Counted from the first letter of the stretch, positions 20,107 to 30,570 are shown. The stretch is DNA of 64,000 nt from an uncultured bacterium (GCA_963822585.1 CAWGIE010000026.1:192001-256000), one strand, 5' to 3'. Numbers and translations are program-made. Notes: generated by a model from the letters alone, not told the origin.

Positions 20107-21432
20107 ATGTCACCCTCTGAATATACTACTCCTCCTCTGGTCGCCATCGTCGGGCGCCCCAATGTCGGAAAGTCGACCCTTTTCAACCGCCTGGTCGGAC
20201 ATCGGATCGCGGTCGTCCATAGCGAAGCCGGGACCACCCGCGACCGGATTCAGGGAGATGTCTGCTGGGATGATACCTGTTTTCAACTGGTAGATACCGG
20301 GGGGCTTCTCCCCGGGGTTCGTCAGGGATTGGACCAGAAGGTCGCCGAGCAGGTAGAAATGGCGATCCGGGAAGCGGCCGTGTGCCTGCTGGTGGTTGAT
20401 ATCCAGGAGGGTCTCACTCCACTGGATGAAGCGGTAGGAATGATTCTCCGCCGGCAGGGCAGGAAAGTTATCCTGGTGGCAAATAAAGCCGACAATCAAG
20501 ATCTGGAGTTGGGCGCCGGGGAATTCATGAAACTCGGCTTCGAACGCTGTCTCCCCGTCTCCGCCATGCATGGTCTCGGCGTCAACGACATTTTGGATGC
20601 CATCGTTGCCGCCGTCGAGCGGTATCCACTGTCGGCCGGGCGGGAGGGCACCTCTCTCGCTATCGTCGGACGCCCCAACGTCGGCAAATCGACCCTTTTC
20701 AACCGCCTGCTCGGTACGGACCGGGTGGTGGTGGATGACCGCCCGGGAACGACCCGGGACGCTGTCGACGCGGGTTTTCAATGGGAGGGGCAGGAATTCA
20801 GGGTGGTCGATACCGCCGGTCTGCTGCGCCACAACGACTCCCGCTCGGCTCTGGACTTTTTCAGCCTCAGTCGAACCCGGCGAGGCATAAAAAGTTCCGA
20901 TGTCACTCTGCTCCTCCTGGAAACACCGCACCCCCCGACCCGTACCGACGCCAACTTCGTCAAACTGGCGCTGGACTCCGGGAAAGGGTGCATCCTGGGC
21001 GTGAATAAATGGGATCTGGCCGGTTTCCTCTCCCGGAAGAAATATCGGGAAACCGTCCGGAACCAGTTGCCCTTCGCCGGTTTTTTGCCGATCGTCTTTT
21101 TCTCCGCCCGAGACGGGAAGGGGATCGAGGATTTGATGGGAACGGTTATGCAGGTGGCGGGGTTACGGCAAAAAACCGTCAGTACCGCTCTGCTGAACCG
21201 GGTACTCCAGCAGGCCCAGGAACAGGTCCCGGCCCGAAGGAGGAAACATACCAGTTTGAAGATTTATTATGCCGCCCAGACCGGTACGGCGCCTCCCTCA
21301 TTCCGGCTTTTTGTCAACGATCCTCGCCTGCTCTCGAGTAATTATGAGAATTATCTCGAAAACGCGGTACGCCGGGCCTTCGGTTTTGAGGGGGTTCCTC
21401 TCCGTTTCTCCCTGAAGAGGAGACGCCATTAA
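20107..21432 (+). CDS. der: Ribosome biogenesis GTPase Der (EngA)
   Basis: Two GTPase domains (GRPNVGKS twice, DTGG/DTAG, NKAD/NKWD) plus a KH-like C-terminus. Confidence 0.97.
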   Translation: MSPSEYTTPPLVAIVGRPNVGKSTLFNRLVGHRIAVVHSEAGTTRDRIQGDVCWDDTCFQLVDTGGLLPGVRQGLDQKVAEQVEMAIREAAVCLLVVDIQEGLTPLDEAVGMILRRQGRKVILVANKADNQDLELGAGEFMKLGFERCLPVSAMHGLGVNDILDAIVAAVERYPLSAGREGTSLAIVGRPNVGKSTLFNRLLGTDRVVVDDRPGTTRDAVDAGFQWEGQEFRVVDTAGLLRHNDSRSALDFFSLSRTRRGIKSSDVTLLLLETPHPPTRTDANFVKLALDSGKGCILGVNKWDLAGFLSRKKYRETVRNQLPFAGFLPIVFFSARDGKGIEDLMGTVMQVAGLRQKTVSTALLNRVLQQAQEQVPARRRKHTSLKIYYAAQTGTAPPSFRLFVNDPRLLSSNYENYLENAVRRAFGFEGVPLRFSLKRRRH

Positions 21433-21480
21433 CCTGGATCATTCATGAAAATTGAAAATTTTCATGAATGATCCGGATTA
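21430..21480. repeat. Palindromic element, copy 1 (core ATTCATGAAAATT-GAA-AATTTTCATGAAT)
   Basis: The 29-bp core (21441-21469) is identical to 26790-26818 and 31685-31713. Confidence 0.9.
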
Positions 21481-21837
21481 CTAATTGTCGTTCAAAGTAT
21501 TATGAATAGCAATCTTGTTTATACGGCGACAATACTCTGCTTTTTCTTTTCCTAAAGGGAGACATGTTATTCTTCATGTTAACGCGGCCGGCAGAAGTAG
21601 CTCTTTGGCTGTAATTCGTTGCCGGAGAATTTGATAAAATCAATATCTTTTCGCTTGGCTGTTCAGATAAGCTTGGTCATGGTTCAAAACTAACCCGATT
21701 TATGAATAAATCGGATTAACCCTGTTGCCATTTGGGAGAATCCCGGATTGTCTTGCCAATTCGAAGGTTCCCGGCTATTATGTATAAACCGCGTTGTTTA
21801 TGTTTTTCGATAAAATTTTTCGGAGAAAAATTTTAAC

Positions 21838-22920
21838 ATGAAGATCAGCGAAGAATTTATCCGCCTGCTTCCCAAAACCGACCTCCATGTCCATCTCGAC
21901 GGTTCACTTCGGATGGCAACCCTACTGGAACTGGCCGGAGAACAAGCGGCCACCGGCGGCCACAAGCATTTCACCCCCACGGAGATAGAAAAAACCCTGC
22001 TCCCGGGAAAAATACACGGGAGCCTGGAAGAATATCTGAAAGACTTTGAGATCACCCTTTCCGTGATGCAGACCCGCGACGCTTTGATGCGTATCGCCTA
22101 TGAACTGGCCGAGGACTGCGCGGCTGAAAATGTCAAATATGTCGAGGTGCGCTTCTCGCCCATCCTGCATACCCGGGATGGGCTTTCAATGCCGGACATT
22201 ATCGAGAGCGTTATCGTCGGTCTCAAGAAAGCGGAGCGTGATTTCGAGATCCTGACCGGGATTATCATCTGCGGGATCCGCAACATGGACCCGGAACTCT
22301 CTTACGATCTGGCGGAACTGGCGGTGGCCTACAAACACCGGGGGGTGGTGGGATTCGACCTGGCCGGCGAGGAGAAGGATTTTCCCGCCAAGGATCACCT
22401 GGAAGCGTTCTATCTGATAATAAATAACAATGTCAATTCCACCGTCCACGCGGGGGAAGCCTTCGGGCCGAAAAGTATCGCCCAGGCGCTTCATTATTGC
22501 GGGGCGAACCGGATCGGTCACGGCACCCGGCTCCGCGAAGATCCCGATCTTCTCAATTATGTCACCGACCACCGTATCCCCCTGGAGATCTGTCTTACCA
22601 GCAATGTCCAGACCGGGATCGTTAAAACGATCCACGATCACCCTTTCGAATTTTATTATGATTACGGCGTGCGGGTAACGCTCAATACCGATAACCGCCT
22701 GATGTCGAACACTTCAATGACCCGGGAACTCCACCTGGCCGTCACCAACTTTTCTCTCTCCCCGTTCAATCTCCGGGATATCCTGATCAACGGCTTCAAG
22801 AGCGCTTTTCTGCCCTACAACGAGAAGGTGAGGCTGGTTAAATCGTCGCTGGCCGAGATCGATTACCTGACCAGGTTGGAGTTCCCCGATTATCCGGGCC
22901 CCCAGCAGGTGCATACGTGA
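21838..22920 (+). CDS. add: Adenosine deaminase
   Basis: LPKTDLHVHLDGSLR, GFDLAG, HAGEA, RIGHG, CLTSN, NTDN. Confidence 0.93.
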   Translation: MKISEEFIRLLPKTDLHVHLDGSLRMATLLELAGEQAATGGHKHFTPTEIEKTLLPGKIHGSLEEYLKDFEITLSVMQTRDALMRIAYELAEDCAAENVKYVEVRFSPILHTRDGLSMPDIIESVIVGLKKAERDFEILTGIIICGIRNMDPELSYDLAELAVAYKHRGVVGFDLAGEEKDFPAKDHLEAFYLIINNNVNSTVHAGEAFGPKSIAQALHYCGANRIGHGTRLREDPDLLNYVTDHRIPLEICLTSNVQTGIVKTIHDHPFEFYYDYGVRVTLNTDNRLMSNTSMTRELHLAVTNFSLSPFNLRDILINGFKSAFLPYNEKVRLVKSSLAEIDYLTRLEFPDYPGPQQVHT

Positions 22921-22989
22921 GGGATATTGCTGGTGGTTATCTTTTGCATTAAATCAACGCTATCTTTAAGAATATGGGAAAGCATAAAA

Positions 22990-23080
22990 GGAGTGATGGG
23001 GTGATGGAATGGTGGAGTGGTGGAGGATCGGCCCGGGCCGGGAATTCCAATACTCCAACACTCCAGTACTCCAATACTCC
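22990..23080. repeat. Inverted tandem-repeat element, family C
   Basis: GGAGTGATGGGGTGATGGAATGGTGGAGTGGTGGA faces TCCAATACTCCAACACTCCAGTACTCCAATACTCC. Confidence 0.85.
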
Positions 23081-23151
23081 CGTCTGGTTATTAATATAGT
23101 ATGGCTGGCACACCGGCCGGGATATTATTCTAACGATATAAGGAGTTTCCC

Positions 23152-23532
23152 TTGTTCACCATCGGCGTACGGGAAGAATTCAGCGCGGCACATTTCCACA
23201 GCGGCGCCGCCGAACGCTGCCGGCGCATCCATGGTCATAACTACCGGGTGGAAGCGGAGATCGGGTCGCGGCGGCTGCGAAAGAATATGGTTATCGACTT
23301 CGGAGAAGCCCGGCGGGCGCTCAAAACCGCCCTCGCCCCCTGGGATCACCGGGTCCTGAACGAGGTTAAAGATTTTGCCGAGCACGAGCCGACCACGGAA
23401 AATATCAGCCGTCTCCTGTTTGAGAAGATGGCCGGACAATTCCCGGGGCCCGGAACCCTTCGGAAAATCACGGTCTGGGAGACCGATGACTGCTGGGCCA
23501 GTTACGGGGAAGAGGAGGGGATGGGAGGTTAG
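23152..23532 (+). CDS. queD: 6-carboxytetrahydropterin synthase / PTPS family protein
   Basis: FSAAH..CRRIHGHNY, DHRVLN, PTTENIS, VWET. TTG start after an AAGGAG RBS. Confidence 0.88.
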   Translation: MFTIGVREEFSAAHFHSGAAERCRRIHGHNYRVEAEIGSRRLRKNMVIDFGEARRALKTALAPWDHRVLNEVKDFAEHEPTTENISRLLFEKMAGQFPGPGTLRKITVWETDDCWASYGEEEGMGG

Positions 23533-23569
23533 CGGGAGTTCCGAGAAACCGGCAGGGGGCAGTCTTGTC

Positions 23570-23625
23570 CTGATAATCCGCTATCCTGCTATTCTTCCCC
23601 CTGATATACTGATAACCTGATATCC
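23570..23625. repeat. Family E tandem array (right arm; left arm degenerate)
   Basis: CCTGATATACTGATAACCTGATATCC units like those at 19331-19387. Confidence 0.6.
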
Positions 23626-23688
23626 AGTAAGAGAAGCGGGGAACCTATTCGCTGCCTCTCCAATCATCATAAAAATGTGGGAGATATC

Positions 23689-24306
23689 ATGTCTGCCAAT
23701 AAGATCCACTGGCTGGGGCACGCCTCCATTCGAATTGAGGGAGAGAAGATTATCTATATCGACCCCTGGCATTTAACCACGGATCAGCCGAAAGCGGACA
23801 TTATTCTTATTACGCACAGTCACAACGATCATTGTTCAAAAATAGATGTGGCCCTGATCGCCCGGGAGAATACGGTGATTCTGGCCCCACCGGATTGCGG
23901 GAAAGCCCTCCCCCCCGGCTTCCGGCCCATCGGCCCCGGCCGGGAAATAACACTGGGCAACGTCGTGATCAGGACCGTTCCCGCGTATAATATCGGCAAA
24001 TCTTTCCATCCCCGGGAGAACGCCTGGGTAGGATATATTATCGAGATGGGGGGGGAACGAATTTACTTCACCGGTGACACCGACTATATCCCCGAGATGG
24101 ACGACATCGTTGTTGATATCCTTATTATCCCGGTAGGGGGTACGTACACGATGACTTCCGGGGAAGCGGCCCGAGCGGCCAACCGGATGAAACCCCGGCT
24201 CGCTATCCCTGTTCATTTCGGCAGCGAAGTCGGGACGCGCCTGGACGCGGATACCTTCCAGAGACTAGCGGAGGTACCGGTGGAAATTTTGCCGGAAGAA
24301 AAATAG
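23689..24306 (+). CDS. MBL-fold metallo-hydrolase
   Basis: WLGHAS, IDP, ITHSHNDH, GDTD, PVGGTYTM, IPVHF. Confidence 0.9.
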   Translation: MSANKIHWLGHASIRIEGEKIIYIDPWHLTTDQPKADIILITHSHNDHCSKIDVALIARENTVILAPPDCGKALPPGFRPIGPGREITLGNVVIRTVPAYNIGKSFHPRENAWVGYIIEMGGERIYFTGDTDYIPEMDDIVVDILIIPVGGTYTMTSGEAARAANRMKPRLAIPVHFGSEVGTRLDADTFQRLAEVPVEILPEEK

Positions 24307-24368
24307 CATCGTTGTGCTGGTCCATTTTTCCGTAGATCAGCCAGATTTCTTAAAAAAGGAGCCGGGGA

Positions 24369-25577
24369 ATGAATATCCGAATACTGGGAGTTATCATATC
24401 TATCTTTCTCTTTGCCGGGCCGGTTGTCGCCGCCGGAACGGAAACCGCCGATGCCGCCCGTATCCAGAGACTGATCGATGGGCTGAAGGGGTGGAATCGA
24501 GACGCGATCCAGGCCAACGCCGATTCTTTGCTCAAAATCGGAGAACCGGCGGTTCCCTATCTGATCAAGGCGTTGAAAAACGATGACCCCGGTATCCGGG
24601 GCGGAGCGGCCCGGCTGCTGGGCGAGATCGAGGCGGAGGAGGCCGTCATCCCCCTGGGAGAACTCCTGGGCGACCCCAAAACCTGGGTCACCAGGAGCGC
24701 GGTCTTTTCCCTGGGAAAGATCGGGAGCCCGGCGGCTCTCCCGCTTCTGAAGAAAGCATTGGGGCATTTTGATCCGAAAGTACAGGAAGCCGCCCTGATC
24801 GGCCTCGATGAACTCCAGGATCAGTCGGTTATGCCGGAGATAGCGGCCCTGATGGTCTCCTCAAACGATCAGTACATCCGATGGCAGGCCATGCTGGTCC
24901 TGCAGAGCATGAAGGAGGGGAGCGAGATCACGGCCTTGCTGGCCGTCCTCAACGATCCGAAGGCGACCGGCGAGAGCAGGCGGAACGCGGCGGCCATCCT
25001 GGGGGAATTGAAAGTCGCCTCAGCGGTCCCGGATCTGCTTAAAGCCGTCGACGCGAAAGACGCCGGGCTCAGATGGCGGGCGATCGAAGCCCTCGGAAAA
25101 ATCGGGGCACAACAGGCACGCCCGGCCATTGAAGCCAAGCTGGCCGATCCCGACCGTGATGTGCAGATGTTCGCGATCGGCGCCCTGGGGAGACTGGGCT
25201 CGGAAGAGAGCCTCCCGGCGCTGCAGAAGATGCTCTCCTCGACATCTGCGGACGTTCGTAAAAATACCATCCGCTCCCTGGGGAGAATCGGGGGAACGGA
25301 AGCGGCGAAGGCGATCAGGGGGACTCTCTCCGATCGGGATATGTACGTCCGGGTGATGGCGGTCGAAACGCTGGTAGACTTGAACGATACCGGCGCGGCG
25401 GAAGAGATCAAGCTGCTGGCGTCCGATCAATCGCCCTCCGTGCGCAGTTCCGTCATGTATGCCCTGGGCAGACTGGGAGGGCCGGACGTGGAGGAGGTCT
25501 TGAAGGCGGGAACAACCGATAAAAATCCCTGGGTCAAACAGGAAGCGGAAAAAGCGTTAAAAAAGCTCGCGCCCTGA
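24369..25577 (+). CDS. Secreted HEAT-repeat protein
   Basis: Signal peptide followed by about 11 HEAT/PBS-like repeats (L.D.D..VR..A..ALG.LG). Confidence 0.85.
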   Translation: MNIRILGVIISIFLFAGPVVAAGTETADAARIQRLIDGLKGWNRDAIQANADSLLKIGEPAVPYLIKALKNDDPGIRGGAARLLGEIEAEEAVIPLGELLGDPKTWVTRSAVFSLGKIGSPAALPLLKKALGHFDPKVQEAALIGLDELQDQSVMPEIAALMVSSNDQYIRWQAMLVLQSMKEGSEITALLAVLNDPKATGESRRNAAAILGELKVASAVPDLLKAVDAKDAGLRWRAIEALGKIGAQQARPAIEAKLADPDRDVQMFAIGALGRLGSEESLPALQKMLSSTSADVRKNTIRSLGRIGGTEAAKAIRGTLSDRDMYVRVMAVETLVDLNDTGAAEEIKLLASDQSPSVRSSVMYALGRLGGPDVEEVLKAGTTDKNPWVKQEAEKALKKLAP

Positions 25578-25857
25578 CCGGAGGCCAGGAACCGAGAGGG
25601 GAGGGGGTCGTTTAATGATCAAATCGAGATCGCGGTGGAGGCCGCGCGGATTTAATCAAACCTGAGCCAACCGGCGGAATTTATGTAGAGATACTATTTT
25701 TTACTTGCCGGGAAGAACTGATTTTGATATATTGATCCCAAAGTTGGTTAAAATGTGTCTTTATGTGTACCGTGTAACCGTTGATGAAAAACCACAAAGG
25801 CCGTGACAACTTTGTGGTTTTTTTTTCAACAATCTTTATGAAAGGAGGAGTAGTTGA

Positions 25858-26061
25858 GTGAAAGGGAAAGTAAAATGGTTTAACGACCGCAAGGGATATG
25901 GCTTTATCGAGAAAGAAGACGGTCATGGGGATGTTTTTGTCCACCACACCGCCATTAACACGGATGGATTCAGGACTCTCGCCGAAGGACAGGAAGTAGA
26001 GTTCGAGGTTATCCAGGATCAGAGAGGAGAAAAAGCCATCAACGTTTCGCCGATTTCGTAA
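25858..26061 (+). CDS. Cold-shock protein (CSD)
   Basis: [21 protein letters not shown]. Strong AAAGGAGG RBS with a GTG start. Confidence 0.95.
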   Translation: MKGKVKWFNDRKGYGFIEKEDGHGDVFVHHTAINTDGFRTLAEGQEVEFEVIQDQRGEKAINVSPIS

Positions 26062-26085
26062 ACATCGGATGAATTGAGGTTAACT

Positions 26086-26135
26086 GAAGAGGGCGTGAGT
26101 TCAGGCTGTTTGGCACTGAATTCACGCCCTTTTTC
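26086..26135 (+). terminator. Rho-independent terminator after the cold-shock gene
   Basis: AGGGCGTGAGTTCAG..CTGAATTCACGCCCT followed by a T-run. Confidence 0.75.
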
Positions 26136-26203
26136 TATTTAGCTCCGTCAGATCAGACAGATAGCAGTCCCGGATAGCGCCAAAACCCTGACCAGAAAAA
26201 ACG

Positions 26204-26294
26204 GGAGTACTGGAATAGTGGAGTGTTGGAGTAATGCAGGCCCCGATCTCGGTCCCTCCGGCCCATTCCATTACTCCAATACCCCATCACTCCA
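26204..26294. repeat. Inverted tandem-repeat element, family C
   Basis: GGAGTACTGGAATAGTGGAGTGTTGGAGTAATG faces TCCATTACTCCAATACCCCATCACTCCA. Confidence 0.82.
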
Positions 26295-26363
26295 TCTGAG
26301 AAAATGTAGTGTGACGGGATAGAAAATTGATTGCGGCCTTGGCAACAGGCTGAAATTCACCTG

Positions 26364-26693
26364 TCAGTCCATCGTCATCGGGTCCATTCCCATCGAGGGC
26401 GCCGTCTCCGGGTCCATTGTCTGCGGTGCCATCGTCTGCGGGGACATCGTATCGGGGGACATCGTATCGGGGGACATCGTATCGGGGTCCATCGTATCGG
26501 GGTCCATCGTATCGGGAGCCATCGTGTCGGGGGACATCGTGTCGGGAGCCATTTTGTCCGGGGCTATGGTCATCCGGTCCATGGGCATATCGCCGGCGGA
26601 CGGAACCGGGGTGGGGGGAAGGGGTTGTGGGAACGAAGGGCCGGCCGCGGAAACGAAGAAGATGAAGAGAACCGTTGCCGCCGCTGTTTTCAT
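26364..26693 (-). CDS. Small secreted Met-rich pentapeptide (MxPDT) repeat protein
   Basis: Signal-peptide-like N-terminus followed by ~10 in-frame 15-bp repeats encoding M(S/A/D)PDT. Confidence 0.6.
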   Translation of the reverse strand: MKTAAATVLFIFFVSAAGPSFPQPLPPTPVPSAGDMPMDRMTIAPDKMAPDTMSPDTMAPDTMDPDTMDPDTMSPDTMSPDTMSPQTMAPQTMDPETAPSMGMDPMTMD

Positions 26694-26777
26694 GGGAATA
26701 TACTACCACGGTACCGGCTCGAGGGACAATAGTATTCTCCCGCGGTTCATCTCCACCGTCGGCAGTATGAATCGGGT

Positions 26778-26829
26778 TAACCTGAGATTATTCATGAAAA
26801 TTGAAAATTTTCATGAATAATCCAGATGA
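26778..26829. repeat. Palindromic element, copy 2
   Basis: Core 26790-26818 is identical to the other two copies. Confidence 0.9.
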
Positions 26830-26960
26830 AAAAAGCCTGCCAATTCCAATCACCTGTGGTACAGTACGTGAAGAGAACATGAGCGCCCCCGGCGCACTGG
26901 AAATAAAAGGCACTGAGTTATATTTATGAGGAGCCGGTCCGAGGGAGGAAATAGTTAACG

Positions 26961-27998
26961 ATGAGAGATGAATGGCAGGTCGAAATTGAAAAGCTGCTTC
27001 AGCCGCTCGACACGCTGGGGCCGGTAGTCTGGGATACAACCTATCTGCTCAAGAAGACGGGAGCGTTTACCTACACCGAGGGATATTTCAATCCCCCGGG
27101 TCATTTTTACGGAAAAATCATCAATTATCCCGATCCCCAGGGGGAGATCGATATCCACGGGCGCCCGTATACCAGTATTACCAAAGCGTATGTCAACGGC
27201 GAGCATGTCATGATCCCCCACGACAAACAGATCGAGCACCATTACGAGATCGATAAAACCCTTCCTCCACCCACCCAGGAGCCGATCATAACCAAGTTTC
27301 ACGTGCTCTTCGATCTGAAGGATTTTGACGGCTGGTTCAATGATAAGCACTCCCGGGCCCGGGTCAGCGTCATGTATCCGCAGATTGGGAGGGATATCGA
27401 GGAAGTAAGCAAGCTCCTCGATGTCCCGATGGAGCGTCTGGGCGTGACCGGATCACTCTCCTACGGCCGGATGGAAGATGACGAGGATATCGACCTGGTC
27501 TTCTTCGGCTCTCCCGAGCAAAACCGGGAGGTCGCCCGGAGGATCTGCGCCATGACCTACAACGATCCGGCCCGGGAATGCATCGAGTTCAAGAAGTTCT
27601 GGCCGATCCGTTTTGTCCATAACGAGATCATTATCTGCACCTTCTTCGCCTATGAAAAGAGGGAGCAGATCCCGCTTACCTATTGCGACGTCAAACTCCT
27701 CAAGGAACGGGTTGAGGCGTCCGGGACAATACGGGACAATACTCATTCCATCTACATGCCCCTCATCCTCGGCCTCAAGGACGTTATTATTGACGGGAAG
27801 GAGGCCGATGACATCCCGTTCATTATTTATGACGGTTCGATCAGAGGGGAATTCTCCAACGGAGAACGTTTGCGGATAACGGCCCGCCTGGTCCGGTTGA
27901 AGATTTACGGGAATGAAACCGTGGCCCTGGTATCCGTCGACGCGGGCGAGATCGTGAAGGAAGGTTCCGGCGGCAAAAAGATCCCATCCTTTGAATAG
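26961..27998 (+). CDS. Putative Pol-beta-superfamily nucleotidyltransferase (COG1665-like)
   Basis: GVTGSLSYG...EDIDLVFFG (hG-S, DxD motif) and an OB-fold-like C-terminus. GGAGG RBS upstream. Confidence 0.6.
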   Translation: MRDEWQVEIEKLLQPLDTLGPVVWDTTYLLKKTGAFTYTEGYFNPPGHFYGKIINYPDPQGEIDIHGRPYTSITKAYVNGEHVMIPHDKQIEHHYEIDKTLPPPTQEPIITKFHVLFDLKDFDGWFNDKHSRARVSVMYPQIGRDIEEVSKLLDVPMERLGVTGSLSYGRMEDDEDIDLVFFGSPEQNREVARRICAMTYNDPARECIEFKKFWPIRFVHNEIIICTFFAYEKREQIPLTYCDVKLLKERVEASGTIRDNTHSIYMPLILGLKDVIIDGKEADDIPFIIYDGSIRGEFSNGERLRITARLVRLKIYGNETVALVSVDAGEIVKEGSGGKKIPSFE

Positions 27999-28082
27999 AC
28001 GCGACGTCGGGTGAGCCCCATCCCCATGAGAAAGAAACGCCGCATCGGTTATTTCACCCCCGCGATGAAAGCTCAGGGGAGC

Positions 28083-29159
28083 ATGAACAGATGCCTGCTG
28101 GCGCTGTTCTTCTCCTGCGCCTTCCTGGCCGGATGCGCTTCGAGCAAATCGTATGAAGCGGCCAAACAGATGCAGTCCGTTAACCCCCATGCCGCCCTTG
28201 AGTACGTCGCCCTCTGCCTGCAGGATGACCCTGATGACGAAGAAGCCCGCGAACTTTTGGAAAGCATTATCCAGGCAATCGTCTATGAGCATGAAGCCCG
28301 GGTAGCATCCATGATCCAGGCCGGCGCCTATGAGGACGCCCTGGCGGAATGCGACCGTGTCATCGCCTCTTCGTATCTCGTACGCACTCTGCCCGGGGGA
28401 CCCTATAACCTGTATTACCAGGAGAATCAGAGGGTAAAACTGACCGCCCTGGCCGCGGAAAAAGCTTACCGGGAGGGAAGCCGGTTCGAAACGGACGGCG
28501 ATTTCCGCGGCGCGGTGGATGCCTATGACCGGGCCCTCGGTTTTGTGGAAAATTACCGGGACGCCGCCGTCCGCCGGGACCGCCTTCTGGAATCGGTGAC
28601 GACCGGTCTTTTTATTGTCTGTAGCGATCCGGGATCTGACCGGGAGGCAGCCAGAATACTGGTCGCGGGCATCGCCGCCACAGTCATGTCGGAGCGGCCG
28701 CGTTTCCTGAAGCTTGCCGGGGAAAGGGATACCGCCACCTCCATCTGCAACGTGGTGATCGAGAACGCGGACTTCAGCGACAGCGGATGGGTCTCGAGGA
28801 ACGACAGCTGCCAGGTCACTATCCCCCGGTATAACAAGAAGGGCAAAGAAATCGGCACCATGGAGCGGATGGCCTACTGGACGGTTTACCGCCGCCAGAT
28901 TTCCTACCGCCTCTCGGCGGCTTTCTCGGTGGCGGCGAAGAATGGCGGCGAGCCGGAGCCGTCGGCCCGGGCTACCCAAACCGAGTCCAGTGAGATCGCC
29001 TACGCGAGATGGTGGGGAGAAAAATCGGGTGTGCCTTCCGATGTCCTGGATCTGCCGAGCAGCCCGGGCATCCCCCCGACCCGGGAAAGCCTCCTCGGCG
29101 AATGCGCGGGAAAGGTTTCCCGGGAACTCGGGCATAAACTTTTTCTCGCTTACAAATAA
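28083..29159 (+). CDS. TPR-like lipoprotein
   Basis: Lipobox FLAGC and helical TPR-like segments (AYREG...FRGAVDAYDRALGFVENYRDA). Confidence 0.7.
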   Translation: MNRCLLALFFSCAFLAGCASSKSYEAAKQMQSVNPHAALEYVALCLQDDPDDEEARELLESIIQAIVYEHEARVASMIQAGAYEDALAECDRVIASSYLVRTLPGGPYNLYYQENQRVKLTALAAEKAYREGSRFETDGDFRGAVDAYDRALGFVENYRDAAVRRDRLLESVTTGLFIVCSDPGSDREAARILVAGIAATVMSERPRFLKLAGERDTATSICNVVIENADFSDSGWVSRNDSCQVTIPRYNKKGKEIGTMERMAYWTVYRRQISYRLSAAFSVAAKNGGEPEPSARATQTESSEIAYARWWGEKSGVPSDVLDLPSSPGIPPTRESLLGECAGKVSRELGHKLFLAYK

Positions 29160-29163
29160 AACA

Positions 29164-29445
29164 ATGAGAACCGCCTGTTCAATCTTAGTCATTGCCGTCT
29201 TTATTTTTTCCGCCTGTGCCACGCCCAAAATCGGCGCCCCGATTGAGACCTCCAGTGTCCAGCAGATCCGTCCCGGATTCACCACCAGGGACGAGATCCT
29301 GAATCTCTTCGGCTCCCCCCTGCGCAACGTCCCCGGGGAAACGGGGGAGATCTGGGTGTACCGATACCTTGACGGGGAGGGCGGTTCCCAGGAACTGGTG
29401 GTTTCCTTCACAGGAGATAAAGTGAGCTCGTTCAGTTACCGGTGA
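29164..29445 (+). CDS. BamE/SmpA-like small lipoprotein
   Basis: Lipobox FSAC, IRPGFTTRDEILNLFGSP, WVY. Confidence 0.7.
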   Translation: MRTACSILVIAVFIFSACATPKIGAPIETSSVQQIRPGFTTRDEILNLFGSPLRNVPGETGEIWVYRYLDGEGGSQELVVSFTGDKVSSFSYR

Positions 29446-29500
29446 TGAGAAGATCTCTTCCCCGCTACCCGATGATTTGCCCGGGAGGTATCGCTGCAAG

Positions 29501-30570
29501 ATGACCAGTGACGGCATACCAGCTCGATATCTCTCACCCCCGTTGACCGCCGCGGCCGTTATCATCATCATAGCCGGGATGATGCAGGCGTCCTCCATCG
29601 TCACCCCCATCCTGTTGGCTCTCTTTATCAGCGTCATCTGCGCCCAGCCGGTGACCTGGCTGGCACGGAAAAAGAATCCCCCACGGCCTCGCGGTCGCCA
29701 TCGTCCTGGTGGGGATCATTATTATTTTCTTCGGTTTGGGACGGGTGATCGGAGGCTCTGTGGCGTCGTTTTCACAGGATGCCCCGAAATACGCGGCCAA
29801 CCTGAACAGGATGGCAGAGACGGTCTTTCAGTATCTCAATCAGAAGGGGATAACCATCACGGACGAACAGCTGACGGGACTGCTCGATCCGGGCAAGATC
29901 ATGATCTTCACCGCCTCCGTCCTCGGAGAACTGGGCGCCTTGATGTCGAACATGGCACTGATATTCTTCATCATCATCTTCATCCTCCTCGAATTGGGAA
30001 GCTTCTCCGTCAAGGCCCGCGCCATCTCCCGGAAACCGGCCGAGACGATTGGAATATCTGGGCAGTATCGCCCAGAGCATTCGTCACTACATGGGCATCA
30101 AGACCCTGATCGGCCTGATGACGGGGGTATTGATCTGGACCTGGCTGACGCTTGTCGGGGTCGATTACGCGGTATTATGGGCACTGATCGCCTTTCTCTT
30201 CAATTACATCCCCAACATCGGCTCGATCATCGCCGGCGTTCCGGCGGTCCTCTTCTCTCTCGTTCAGCTGGGTCTGGGAAGCGCTCTCTGGACCACCGGG
30301 GGCTATGTAGCGATCAACATGCTGATCGGGAACGTGGTGGAGCCGAAGATCATGGGGAAGGGGATGGGGCTTTCCACCCTGGTTGTTTTCCTTTCCCTGA
30401 TTGTCTGGGGGTTCGTGCTGGGGACCGTGGGAATGTTTCTCTCCGTCCCCCTGACCATGACCCTGAAGATCATCCTCCAGCAAAACCCCCGGACCCGGTG
30501 GATCGCGATTTTACTGGGCACCCAGGAAGACGCCCAGCTGATCGCGGACGAGAACAAAAAACCCCGATAA
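29501..30570 (+). pseudogene. AI-2E family transporter with two frameshifts (pseudogene or sequencing indels)
   Basis: Three overlapping frames join into one membrane protein (NYIPNIGS, EPKIMG, LSLIVWG, PLTM). Breaks occur near 29670 (A-run) and 30047. Confidence 0.8.

Noticed and set aside
20143..20714. Internal DNA similarity in der
   Set aside because: Explained by its normal tandem GTPase domains.
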